From the IMG/VR virus record IMGVR_UViG_3300045988_102610, positions 1 to 34,758 of that record: DNA of 34,758 nucleotides. One strand, 5' to 3'. Below are positions 15,796 to 24,223 of the stretch, one piece after another. Made by a program: the position numbers and the translations under genes. This DNA comes from a virus. How positions within the stretch are numbered: the stretch's first letter is position 1; each line of letters opens with the position of its first letter. The notes below the pieces were generated by a model. It had not been told where the DNA came from, made no database searches, and saw nothing but the letters and a program-made list of their open reading frames with translations.

Positions 15796-15828
15796 TTAAA
15801 AAGCACCTTGAATAAAATTCAAAGTGCT
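15796..15828 (-). terminator. Rho-independent terminator right after the 61-aa gene
   Basis: AGCACCTTGAAT (15802-15813) pairs with ATTCAAAGTGCT (15817-15828), a 12-bp stem with one mismatch. A T5 run follows on the minus strand. Confidence 0.65.
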
Positions 15829-16013
15829 TAGTAACAAACATTATTCAATTCTAGATAACCGAGTTCGTACACGTCTTTATTTTGATTTATACAATTTTCG
15901 ATTATTTCGATTATTTCTTTATCTTCCAAACTCACCGCGAGCGGAATTGTCGGAAAATCGTCGTTAAACTTCTTTTTGTATTCATTATACATTTTTTGTA
16001 GCTTATTTTCCAT
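15828..16013 (-). CDS. Hypothetical 61-aa acidic protein; candidate immunity partner of the MuF C-terminal domain
   Basis: The ATG abuts the MuF stop (TAAATG). It is followed by its own terminator. No family recognised. Confidence 0.65.
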   Translation of the reverse strand: MENKLQKMYNEYKKKFNDDFPTIPLAVSLEDKEIIEIIENCINQNKDVYELGYLELNNVCY

Positions 16014-17912
16014 TTACTTCACCTTTTTTAAAATCGTTAACATTGCGTTATAGCTGTTTGGTAAATACTTTTTGACATATTCTAACTCACTACCGCCGTT
16101 TACTTCCGCGCTCATAATGTTCGCCCACATTTCAGACGACGCGTCAAATATTCTATATTCCATCATAGTTTTATTAAGATTACTTGCGTCAAATCCCAAT
16201 TCTTTGTACACTTTTTGGATTTTTCTGTGTTCTTTCACCCTTTTGGCATACATATAATTCCCGTTGTAATATTTGTCGCCGTGTCCCCATCTTATTCTTT
16301 CACCAAGCAAACCGTCGATAGCGTCTTGCACGCCCATACTTGCGTCGTGTTCAGAGAGTTCTTTTCTTAATTCATCATTTAAATTCTTTTGTAACAAAAC
16401 TTTGTCTTTTCGCACAGCTTCAAGAAATTCATCTGATGAACTCGCAATTCTAGTAATTATACCGTTTTGATATTTAGTATTTTTTAAAATTGTGTCAACT
16501 TCATTAAAATGTAAGCCTTCGAATTCTGCTTGTCTATCAAAAAAATGTGCGTACTCGTGCGCTAATGTGCTAAATTTGCTTTTTCCATTGTCGATATATT
16601 TCTGCAAAGGAAAATTAAAATCTAATATATTTTCACTAGTGCGATAACATCCTTTTCTATTTGGTCTAATTTTATTAATTTTATCAGCATATTTTGTATA
16701 TAATTTTTTAACAAAATCGTTTTTTAAATTAGATAAAAGCTTTGTAAAAGCGTTATAATCAGTTTCATTCATAGCGCTTTTAAGTTTTGTTGTATTTTCT
16801 ACAATTTTATCTAGATTAATTGTATCATTTTTGCCGAATTTTTCAAGCGCTTTTTCGTATTTTTCGCGTTTTTCTTTCCATTCTTTTGCGCGTGCTTCTG
16901 CTTTTTGCTGATTGTTTTTATCAAGGCTATATTTTGCTATTCTATTAAAGCGTTTTTCTTGCCTTTTCGCGAATTTAAGCTTGTTTTCTACTTCTTCGCG
17001 CTGTTCCATCTCGTCCAACTCGTCAGCGTTGACGGGTTTTAGAGTTGTAACGCCTTTATAGTATGTGCTTGTACTATCCTTACACCGCGGATGAAACAAA
17101 CCACCCGAAATAGCACTACTCAATAGCGGATATTTCTCGTTGTCTTTAGTCCTCGTACCGCCTGAATAGACATCATCAACAAATAAGTGACCGATATACT
17201 TTGCGCACCGAGGGCAACCGCCTTGTCGTGAATTAACAACAACTAAAGATAAACCCCATTCGGCGCGTTTCTGTCCTTCGCCGTACAGATAAGCGCGTTT
17301 ATTCGCTGTCCTTATAGCCATATCCGCATAATCTGCAAGCGTATGACGTGCGCCGTTCTTGTACTCTACGCAGTTCAAACCCGCTTGAAGCATATCCCGG
17401 CAAGCCATATCGACCGCTTTTTCGTACGTTCCCGCGCCCGAATTTGCATAAACTTGCGCGGAAAAAATTGCTTTTCGGTATTTATCGTTATACATTCGTA
17501 ATATAGCCGTTTCAGCGGTTTTCATATCGTTTGTAGTCGCAGTTATAAGCGCGTCAAGTTTCTTCTTGTTAATCTTAAAGAATTCGCCTGACGTCCCCTT
17601 TTTTGGCTTGCTTATTTTTGCGCCTTTTTTAATTGCTTCAAGTATTTTTAATTCTTGTTCAGCTTCGCCGTCACTCATAGCGCGACTAATCATTTCGTTA
17701 ATCTTGCTATTGAGTGACCTAAACTTTTTCCCGTATTTGTCCGAATTGGTCGCCCTGAATTCTTCAAGGCTTTCAAGCTGTTTTGCTTGCCATTGCGTCC
17801 AATTATAACCTTCTGCGGTTTCTTCCGCGCGGTGTCGAGAAAAATTGCGTATCATACTTTCGATTAATTCGTTTTCGATTGATTCAAACGCTTTTTTAAT
17901 ATTATAATTCAT
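16014..17912 (-). CDS. Minor head protein (SPP1 gp7 / Mu F-like) fused to a ~270-aa C-terminal domain with an HExxH motif
   Basis: The N-terminal ~290 aa are MuF-like (GGCPRCAKY..FHPRCKDS). A Lys/Glu coiled-coil linker spans aa ~295-360. The C-terminal domain carries HEYAH at aa 452-456 (16545-16559). Confidence 0.85.
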   Translation of the reverse strand: MNYNIKKAFESIENELIESMIRNFSRHRAEETAEGYNWTQWQAKQLESLEEFRATNSDKYGKKFRSLNSKINEMISRAMSDGEAEQELKILEAIKKGAKISKPKKGTSGEFFKINKKKLDALITATTNDMKTAETAILRMYNDKYRKAIFSAQVYANSGAGTYEKAVDMACRDMLQAGLNCVEYKNGARHTLADYADMAIRTANKRAYLYGEGQKRAEWGLSLVVVNSRQGGCPRCAKYIGHLFVDDVYSGGTRTKDNEKYPLLSSAISGGLFHPRCKDSTSTYYKGVTTLKPVNADELDEMEQREEVENKLKFAKRQEKRFNRIAKYSLDKNNQQKAEARAKEWKEKREKYEKALEKFGKNDTINLDKIVENTTKLKSAMNETDYNAFTKLLSNLKNDFVKKLYTKYADKINKIRPNRKGCYRTSENILDFNFPLQKYIDNGKSKFSTLAHEYAHFFDRQAEFEGLHFNEVDTILKNTKYQNGIITRIASSSDEFLEAVRKDKVLLQKNLNDELRKELSEHDASMGVQDAIDGLLGERIRWGHGDKYYNGNYMYAKRVKEHRKIQKVYKELGFDASNLNKTMMEYRIFDASSEMWANIMSAEVNGGSELEYVKKYLPNSYNAMLTILKKVK

Positions 17913-17914
17913 AA

Positions 17915-19405
17915 TTACAAGTCGTCAATTTCGGACGTTTCGTCGAGTGTTGCAACGCCCTGTTCTTGCTTAATTCGCTGTACTTCCTCCGCTTTCCAGT
18001 CGTCGCATTTACTGTCGCCATATAATTCGTTTACAGCGTTTTCAATGCTCATCACACCGTTTTGACGCGCTTTTCCGACTGTTTCGACTTGGCTTTCAAA
18101 GCTAGGGTTAGCATACTCACCGAAATTAACCGCCACGTCTAAATCGTCAGGAACACACTCTTTGTTGTTAATTTCATTGTACGCGCTCAAAACAGCTTTA
18201 ACCAAAGTTGGTAGCGTGTTTTCAAGCAGTTCAACAAAATTTTGGCGTGTGTACAATGTTGTTTTTTCTTTTTCTCTCTGCGCTTCTGCATTATCAAGTT
18301 TCTTTGTGTCAATTCCCAACGTACTAGGACTTAAAACACCTTGTAAGCATAAGTCAAGCGCGGTGACGTAAGAACTCAAATAACTTTCGTGTTGAATTGA
18401 AGGTGATTCCGTTTTAACGCTGTTCGTGCCGTTTTCGCTCATATCCGCGCCGATTGCGATAAAACGGTTGTCAAACGGATTTGGTGGGATAGGCTCGCCT
18501 GTGTTCGGGTCGCGTGGAACAAGCGGGTCGGGTAGGTACGTCCTTGTTCTGCACGCTCTCAATGCGTCCATCCATTGCGACCAAACCTCGTCTAAGCTAC
18601 TAAACGCGTTTTCTTTGTTGCTGATAAGTCCTTGACCGCGTCCCGGATAGAAGCTATCACCGTACACGACTGGCACCGCCCACATATAAGATTTGTTAAA
18701 CGTAACGCCGACGCCGTCAATCCAACTAAGCGCGCTTACGGTGTGTAAGTCAACCTCTGCGCCGTTGTCGTCATATAAAGCATAGTTAATATAACCATAT
18801 CCATACGTTTCCTCAAACATATAACGTTTGTTTTTTTCAAAGTATTCAGTATAAAACTTTACTTCTCTGATGTGTCCGCGCACATATGTAAATTTGACCT
18901 TCTCGGACGGGTACCATTCGATAATTGGCAAGTCTGATATATCAGTATCAAACGAGATTTTAAAAGCGCCGTCGCCCACAATAGCTATATCGCGTATTGC
19001 TTTTTTTAGCGTTTTGTTAAATTCGTTTTTGGCTTCAATTTCTTCCCACGTGTCCTCAAATGCTACTGTGTTATTATCGTGTATTTCAATTCCGTTATAA
19101 TCGCTAATAATGATATTTGTAATCGTATCAACAATTAATGCGGGTAATGCCACGTGAAGCTTTTGAATTTCTTGTCCGCGTGTAGGTTTAGCACACCAAA
19201 ACATTGTTTGCGGTACATCAAGCGTATTATATAAGTCGCGTAACTGTTCGCTTTTTCCCCAATACCAAATTCGGTTCTTTGCGCAGTCTGTCGCGTGGTT
19301 TATTTTTTCATCAATTGTTATAACTTTATCCGACGCGGGATTTATTCGTAAAAAACTACGCATACCGTGTCTTATTTTATTTGCCATACTGTCAAATAAC
19401 TTCAT
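17915..19405 (-). CDS. Portal protein (SPP1 gp6-like)
   Basis: 496 aa, immediately after terL, with an acidic C-terminus and RBS GGAAGTGG. Confidence 0.9.
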   Translation of the reverse strand: MKLFDSMANKIRHGMRSFLRINPASDKVITIDEKINHATDCAKNRIWYWGKSEQLRDLYNTLDVPQTMFWCAKPTRGQEIQKLHVALPALIVDTITNIIISDYNGIEIHDNNTVAFEDTWEEIEAKNEFNKTLKKAIRDIAIVGDGAFKISFDTDISDLPIIEWYPSEKVKFTYVRGHIREVKFYTEYFEKNKRYMFEETYGYGYINYALYDDNGAEVDLHTVSALSWIDGVGVTFNKSYMWAVPVVYGDSFYPGRGQGLISNKENAFSSLDEVWSQWMDALRACRTRTYLPDPLVPRDPNTGEPIPPNPFDNRFIAIGADMSENGTNSVKTESPSIQHESYLSSYVTALDLCLQGVLSPSTLGIDTKKLDNAEAQREKEKTTLYTRQNFVELLENTLPTLVKAVLSAYNEINNKECVPDDLDVAVNFGEYANPSFESQVETVGKARQNGVMSIENAVNELYGDSKCDDWKAEEVQRIKQEQGVATLDETSEIDDL

Positions 19406-19407
19406 TT

Positions 19408-20763
19408 CTAACCACTTCCAATTTTTTCTTTAAACGGTAGCCAACCATACTGCGACGAGTTAATAAAATGGTCGTGACCGTCCTCGGGTGTGTTGTCTTT
19501 ATCCTCTAGCCAAGAATATAATTCATATTCTTGTATCGTATTTGTGCAATGCTCAACAATGTAGTAACAACCTTTTGCAAACCAACCCAATAACAAATTA
19601 ATTCTATCAATGATTTTTGTCTTTTTGAATGCATTATAAAAGTTATAAGCACAACCGTTCTTGCGCTTATACTTGTTCAATTCTGTTATTGTTGCTTGGT
19701 CTGCGCTATCTATGTAAACATTGCGAGCGAACCCCCATTCGTCCCGATTTCGTTCCAAAAAATCTACATAATTTTGGGCTATATCGGACGGCGCGAGTGG
19801 TTCTTCTAACTCTGCGTTGTTATATTTCTTCTCGTCAAGCTGTATGCATTTACCTTTGTTCGTAATACCAAAGAACGTCATTGCGACCGTATCAGGCGAG
19901 GACTGAGAATAAGCTGTGTCAAGTCCAGATGTAAAATAAATAAAATGTTCTTTGCATCTGTCAACTGTCAAGAACTGTTGCGCCCATTTCTTTGTTACAA
20001 CGTGAATTTTTCTATCAAAATTACTAAAAACTAAACCCGTCGCGCGTCCTCGTTCGCCCAATATCTTGTTTTTGTATAATTTTGTTCCGACCGGAACGTT
20101 TAATTTAATTTGTTCAATTTTTTCTTTCGATAGTCCGAAATTGTCGTCGAAAGAAAAGAACCAGTGAACCCAATCGGGTTTTGGTTCTTCACATAACATA
20201 TTTAAAATTGTTGTCGGCGTGTCTTTTTCGTATTTTTTGACGGGTCGAGCGCAATTTATATATTCTTTGTAAACGGGCAAATTTGGGTCGTCAGGGTTCA
20301 AAGTTGCCATAAAATAATCACAACGCATTGAAGCTTCACGAACAAAATCAATATCGGCGGTGTTAATTTCGTCGATATACAAGCAACCATATTGACCGCC
20401 TAGCGCCTTTTGCCATTTCTTTTTATCGCCGTAGCCCATCACATAAACGACTTTATCGCCTTTTCTCGTGTGATAAAGGATGTGTGGAATTTTCTCGTCC
20501 TTGGTGCCGTTACCGTTATAAACTGTAAGCGCTCCAAAGTCGTCAATAATGCCTAAATCTTTATTGATAATATTCTTTTCAGCTGTTCCCGTATCTTTTG
20601 ACGCGATAATGTGATATTTTTTATCACTTTGCGCAATTTTAAGAAAAAATTTAAATATTCCGACCGTGGTTTTTCCCGCCGCGGTGGTACCTTCCAAAAA
20701 TTCGACGGGTGCTTCATATCTGATAAAATCTTTATATTTCGGTGAAAGAATTAAATCAGGCAT
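19408..20763 (-). CDS. terL: Terminase large subunit
   Basis: Walker A EGTTAAGKTT, Walker B CLYIDEI and a C-terminal nuclease-like region (DSADQA). 451 aa. Confidence 0.95.
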   Translation of the reverse strand: MPDLILSPKYKDFIRYEAPVEFLEGTTAAGKTTVGIFKFFLKIAQSDKKYHIIASKDTGTAEKNIINKDLGIIDDFGALTVYNGNGTKDEKIPHILYHTRKGDKVVYVMGYGDKKKWQKALGGQYGCLYIDEINTADIDFVREASMRCDYFMATLNPDDPNLPVYKEYINCARPVKKYEKDTPTTILNMLCEEPKPDWVHWFFSFDDNFGLSKEKIEQIKLNVPVGTKLYKNKILGERGRATGLVFSNFDRKIHVVTKKWAQQFLTVDRCKEHFIYFTSGLDTAYSQSSPDTVAMTFFGITNKGKCIQLDEKKYNNAELEEPLAPSDIAQNYVDFLERNRDEWGFARNVYIDSADQATITELNKYKRKNGCAYNFYNAFKKTKIIDRINLLLGWFAKGCYYIVEHCTNTIQEYELYSWLEDKDNTPEDGHDHFINSSQYGWLPFKEKIGSG

Positions 20764-21322
20764 TTTTTAACAACTCGAATAAATTTTCACGATAAAAGTT
20801 AAATAACTCTATATCGTTTGAAATCAAAAATTGTTCAATTTTTGGATTTTCGTTGAGGTTAGAAGAAGTTTCTACAACATAGTAATTACCTTTCGCAGTT
20901 TCCATCAATATTATTTTTGAATGGTTCTTAACTGACTTAATTTCCCATTTTGTTTCTTCACATACTTGCTTAATTAATTGAATGTAGTTATATTTTCCCT
21001 TGTCCGTTTTGCTTTGCATATCACTTGTGTAAAATTCAGCTTCTTTGATTTGTTCAGCCAAACAAGCGCCGTAAATTTTTTTAAAGTGATTTTTTCCAAT
21101 TCGGAAAGTTGAACAATACATTTTTTCAATCGTTTCTTTTTGTGCAACACTTAAAATAATCGCGAGTGAACTAAAACCACCCGCGACGCTTATTAATGTG
21201 AAAATTTCATCAGTTGCGGGCATTTTCCCGTTTGTAACTGCGTTAATTTCTTTACCAATGCTAAATTTATGACGTTTTTTGCTTTTTAAAATCGTTAATG
21301 CTGAGTTACAAAAACTATTCAT
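20756..21322 (-). CDS. Hypothetical 188-aa protein inserted between terS and terL
   Basis: 8-nt overlaps at both ends (AAATGAATAG with the terS stop; AAAAATGCCTGA with the terL start). It has one hydrophobic stretch, FTLISVAGGFSSLAIILSVA. No family recognised. Confidence 0.7.
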   Translation of the reverse strand: MNSFCNSALTILKSKKRHKFSIGKEINAVTNGKMPATDEIFTLISVAGGFSSLAIILSVAQKETIEKMYCSTFRIGKNHFKKIYGACLAEQIKEAEFYTSDMQSKTDKGKYNYIQLIKQVCEETKWEIKSVKNHSKIILMETAKGNYYVVETSSNLNENPKIEQFLISNDIELFNFYRENLFELLKNA

Positions 21323-21719
21323 TTAATTGCTCCAAAATTTTATCTAGTTTTGTTGTTTGTGTTTCAATATTTCCACTAACTTCAACTTTATTCAAATATT
21401 CACCCGTCATTTTGTTAAGCGTGTCAATTGCTTTGATAATATCGCCTGTTCCTTCCATATGTGATTTATTTCGTGCAATATCAGACAAAACCGCCTGTCG
21501 TTCTTTTGCACTCATAATTCGTTTGTCTTGCATTTCCTCGCTCAATTCTTGTATGTATTCAACCACTAGCGAATTTTCTAGTAGTAGATAACTTTTTGAT
21601 TTTGCGAATTTCTCTGAGTAACCCGCCTTTACCGCGCTTTGCGAAACGTTACCGCTTTCGACGTAGTATTCAGCGAATTTCTTTTGTCTTATATTTAACT
21701 TGCTTTTATCTTTTGACAC
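21315..21719 (-). CDS. terS: Terminase small subunit (Terminase_2-like)
   Basis: LNIRQKKFAEYYVESGNVSQSAVKAGYSEKFAKSKSYLLLEN matches the terS HTH signature. GTG start follows GAAAGGAAG. Confidence 0.85.
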   Translation of the reverse strand: MSKDKSKLNIRQKKFAEYYVESGNVSQSAVKAGYSEKFAKSKSYLLLENSLVVEYIQELSEEMQDKRIMSAKERQAVLSDIARNKSHMEGTGDIIKAIDTLNKMTGEYLNKVEVSGNIETQTTKLDKILEQLNE

Positions 21720-21785
21720 GCGGTAACACTTCCTTTCTGTCCGCTTATTTACTGACTTTTTTAACTTGCTTGTAATTTCTTTAGA

Positions 21786-21822
21786 CGCAATAAAACCCGC
21801 TTACTCTATGATGTAAACGGGT
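21786..21822 (-). terminator. Rho-independent terminator between the late-regulator gene and terS
   Basis: On the minus-strand RNA, ACCCGUUUAC pairs with GUAAGCGGGU (10 bp including one G-U) and is followed by UUUAUU. On the plus strand the same position is a C-A mismatch. Confidence 0.65.
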
Positions 21823-21969
21823 CATACTGCCTAATTAACGAATAAGAGGTGTTTCAAATGGTTAATTATTTATCAAATTTAAAGGGGAATAAAGCAGCAC
21901 ATAAATCTTTTATCGCTCTTGCTATGCTATCATAATAACACGATATATAGTGAATTAAAATGGCTAATT

Positions 21970-22392
21970 TTAGGAATTTAACACTTTTTCAAATTCAATC
22001 AATGCAAAACCGTGCAATCTGTACACCCAACGTTTTGTAAACTTCTCTTTCTCGGCGACTTCATCCCAAGTCAAGTGGCATATGTAGTAATCTGTCAACA
22101 CCGCTTTGTGTCGTTCGTCTGCAAGCTGTTGAATTAGTTTCCTTGCTTCCGTCTTTGCGTCGAATAGCTTGTCTATTTCCTCGTTGATTTGATTTTGGAG
22201 TGTTACAATCTTGTCAATAATCTTCGTGAAGTCGCCACCCGAACCCGAACTTTGTACGCGCTCGGATTCGCTTTGTGGACTAACTTGTAATGATTTCGCA
22301 CGCCAATATTCAACTTCGTTCTGCTTAGAATTAATAGCTGTGTCGGCTATTCTGAGTTGATTTAAATAATCTTTAGCGTTCTTTGTCGTCAT
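21970..22392 (-). CDS. Putative late-gene transcriptional regulator (ArpU/RinA/sigma region-4-like)
   Basis: The C-terminus LTDYYICHLTWDEVAEKEKFTKRWVYRLHGFALIEFEKV resembles a sigma-70 region 4 HTH. It is the last gene before the packaging module. ATG 22392 follows AAAAGGTGAAG. Confidence 0.55.
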   Translation of the reverse strand: MTTKNAKDYLNQLRIADTAINSKQNEVEYWRAKSLQVSPQSESERVQSSGSGGDFTKIIDKIVTLQNQINEEIDKLFDAKTEARKLIQQLADERHKAVLTDYYICHLTWDEVAEKEKFTKRWVYRLHGFALIEFEKVLNS

Positions 22393-22552
22393 TTTCTTCA
22401 CCTTTTGTAAAAATTGGTTCTGCTAGCTTGTTAAGTATCGCACCGCCTAATAGCAAGCCTGACACAATCCATACCATAAGCGGTACTTCGATTTCATTTG
22501 CGCTAAGTATAGTTATCGTCATTATCCACACGATTACACCAGATACGCTCAA
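22373..22552 (-). CDS. Possible small two-TM membrane protein (59 aa, TTG start; not in track)
   Basis: Hand translation (M)SVSGVIVWIMTITILSANEIEVPLMVWIVSGLLLGGAILNKLAEPIFTKGEENDDKER. TTGA overlap with the upstream stop. The start is weak. Confidence 0.3.
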   Translation of the reverse strand: MSVSGVIVWIMTITILSANEIEVPLMVWIVSGLLLGGAILNKLAEPIFTKGEENDDKER

Positions 22553-22893
22553 ACGTCACCAACTTCTTTCTTTCCGTCCTCGCTGAGAAAACAAAGTAAC
22601 TTTTCGCACATTGCACCGAGTTGGACGGCTTCGCGAATTGTTTCAGTTACAGCAGACTGCAAACAATTTGTGTTAATTACTAACCTTTTATTTTGGTTTC
22701 TTCTGACGTCGCCCCACATCTGTTCGACTGCCATTCTTACAATATTAATTTGTTCCGTCATTTCCTCGTATTCTTCATACAGCACCGCAAAGCCTTCGTG
22801 TGTGCTGTGAAATAACGCGTTGTTCTTATTTGCCTTATTTAATTCACTAATAAACATTAACCTTACATCTTCTTTGCTAACTGAAAAACTCAT
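22549..22893 (-). CDS. Hypothetical protein, possibly MazG-like all-alpha NTP pyrophosphohydrolase fold
   Basis: HSTHEGFAVLYEEYEEMTEQ resembles the HEG-x-AV-x-EE-x-x-E pattern. RBS AAAGGAG. Confidence 0.35.
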   Translation of the reverse strand: MSFSVSKEDVRLMFISELNKANKNNALFHSTHEGFAVLYEEYEEMTEQINIVRMAVEQMWGDVRRNQNKRLVINTNCLQSAVTETIREAVQLGAMCEKLLCFLSEDGKKEVGDV

Positions 22894-23168
22894 TTTTTTG
22901 ACTCCTTTTCGTCCAAAATAATAACCGTACATTCTTCAAAATTGCTTTTATTTATACTCTTATATGTACAGACTTTCCATCCCGCTTCGTCTAATTCATC
23001 AAGAATTTTTGCCGGTATAAATATATCGTTGCTAGCAATTTTTTGTTCAACAATACAATGTTCATTCTTTGAAATAAACGCGTTTCTTTTTCCACACATC
23101 TCAATAAGACTATTAAAAAAGTCGCGCCATCTTTCTTCCGTAATTTTTTCAGCTGTAATAAATTCCAT
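22890..23168 (-). CDS. Hypothetical protein (92 aa)
   Basis: ATG 23168 follows GAGGAA. ATGA-type overlap downstream. Confidence 0.6.
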   Translation of the reverse strand: MEFITAEKITEERWRDFFNSLIEMCGKRNAFISKNEHCIVEQKIASNDIFIPAKILDELDEAGWKVCTYKSINKSNFEECTVIILDEKESKK

Positions 23169-23170
23169 CT

Positions 23171-23539
23171 TTATTCCTCGCTTTCTTTCGCTACAGTGTG
23201 CCAACAGATTTTACAGCGTTCGCAATCCATTGAGAATAACTCTCCGCAATATTCCACCAATCCTAACTTCGCACAACAAATATGCGGTATTCCGTTTTTG
23301 GCTTTGACCGCGTCAGGATAAAACTTGTTAAAGTTGTCCAAAATCGTGTTTGTTGGGTTCCTGTCACTCCAATCTTGCACGATTCTAATTGCTCGTTCTG
23401 GGTCTGCTTCTTCAATGCTTTTTGAAATACATCCTTGTCTAGTTTTGAATGCACAGAAACGACAATTTTTCTTTTTAAGTGACTCACACATTCTCTTCCG
23501 CTCGTATATGTAATTCTTTGTAATGTTGCAATCAATCAT
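23171..23539 (-). CDS. Hypothetical Cys-rich protein (122 aa)
   Basis: Carries CRFC, CC and CERCKIC motifs. It shares the DPExxIxIxQxWSxxN motif with the gene at 24024-24194. Confidence 0.65.
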   Translation of the reverse strand: MIDCNITKNYIYERKRMCESLKKKNCRFCAFKTRQGCISKSIEEADPERAIRIVQDWSDRNPTNTILDNFNKFYPDAVKAKNGIPHICCAKLGLVEYCGELFSMDCERCKICWHTVAKESEE

Positions 23540-23709
23540 CCTTCAAACCTCCTTGGTTTATAAACCTTGCAAAATCTGCCATCGTCACATCCCATTTTTT
23601 TATTTTTCGCACTGCATCGTTTATAGCCTCGGCAGTCCCTAGCACCTCCTTCCCAATAAACGCAAGTACGACATCTTGGGTGTTTTAATCTATAATCATT
23701 AGGTGTCAT
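23536..23709 (-). CDS. Hypothetical small Cys-rich protein (57 aa; not in track)
   Basis: Hand translation MTPNDYRLKHPRCRTCVYWEGGARDCRGYKRCSAKNKKMGCDDGRFCKVYKPRRFEG. RBS GAGGTGA. ATGA overlap downstream. Confidence 0.6.
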   Translation of the reverse strand: MTPNDYRLKHPRCRTCVYWEGGARDCRGYKRCSAKNKKMGCDDGRFCKVYKPRRFEG

Positions 23710-23713
23710 TTTA

Positions 23714-24040
23714 TCACCTCACCAAAACTTTAAATTCACGGTAATGTAATTTTTCTTTCAAATCGTCAATGCTTATAAGGACTTCGCTTTTTCGGAAAAA
23801 ATCACGCTCATTTTTAAGTTCGTCAAAAAACGGATATTCTGCTTTAAGGTCGCCTCTAAATTCTTCAAGTTCTTTCCTCGTGTATCTTTCGCACTTGTCA
23901 ATTTGGCAAGTATATCCACCAAAAGACCTTTTTTCTCTGCTATCGTCCGTAAGACTTCCCCAAAAAAGCAAGGCGTCTTTAAATATCGCTTGATGTTCAT
24001 TGCACACAATGACATATTTTCTTTCACTGTTGACATTCAT
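23714..24040 (-). CDS. Hypothetical protein (108 aa)
   Basis: ATG 24040 follows GGAGTGA. The track start at 24049 is a GTG. Confidence 0.6.
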   Translation of the reverse strand: MNVNSERKYVIVCNEHQAIFKDALLFWGSLTDDSREKRSFGGYTCQIDKCERYTRKELEEFRGDLKAEYPFFDELKNERDFFRKSEVLISIDDLKEKLHYREFKVLVR

Positions 24041-24194
24041 TTTCTTCACTCCATTTCTGTAATATTTTAATTACTGTTTCGGGGTCATTTCTCAACAAAA
24101 AGCCACAATTCAGCGGACATTTTGAACAATCCTGTTCGTTACACATATCTTTAAAATCGTTAAGAAAATCGATAGTTTCTTCGTAATCAAACAT
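24024..24194 (-). CDS. Hypothetical small Cys-containing protein (56 aa)
   Basis: ATG 24194 follows AAGGTTGGTGA. CSKCPLNC..NDPETVIKILQKWSEEN is paralogous to ADPERAIRIVQDWSDRN in the gene at 23171-23539. Confidence 0.55.
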   Translation of the reverse strand: MFDYEETIDFLNDFKDMCNEQDCSKCPLNCGFLLRNDPETVIKILQKWSEENECQQ

Positions 24195-24223
24195 CACTTT
24201 CACCAACCTTTTCCAACTCTCAC

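Noticed and set aside
16014-17912. ADP-ribosyltransferase reading of the MuF protein (R...STS...E-x-E)
   Set aside because: The STS tripeptide (HPRCKDSTSTYY) lies inside the conserved MuF HPxCxC-type region. I could not find a convincing downstream ExE catalytic motif in the right context, so only the HExxH observation is retained.
23263-24036. Alternative-frame ORFs 23263-23535 and 23773-24036 (minus) and 23325-23513, 23769-23993 (plus)
   Set aside because: They overlap better-supported genes that have SDs and coupled starts and stops. No independent signals were seen.
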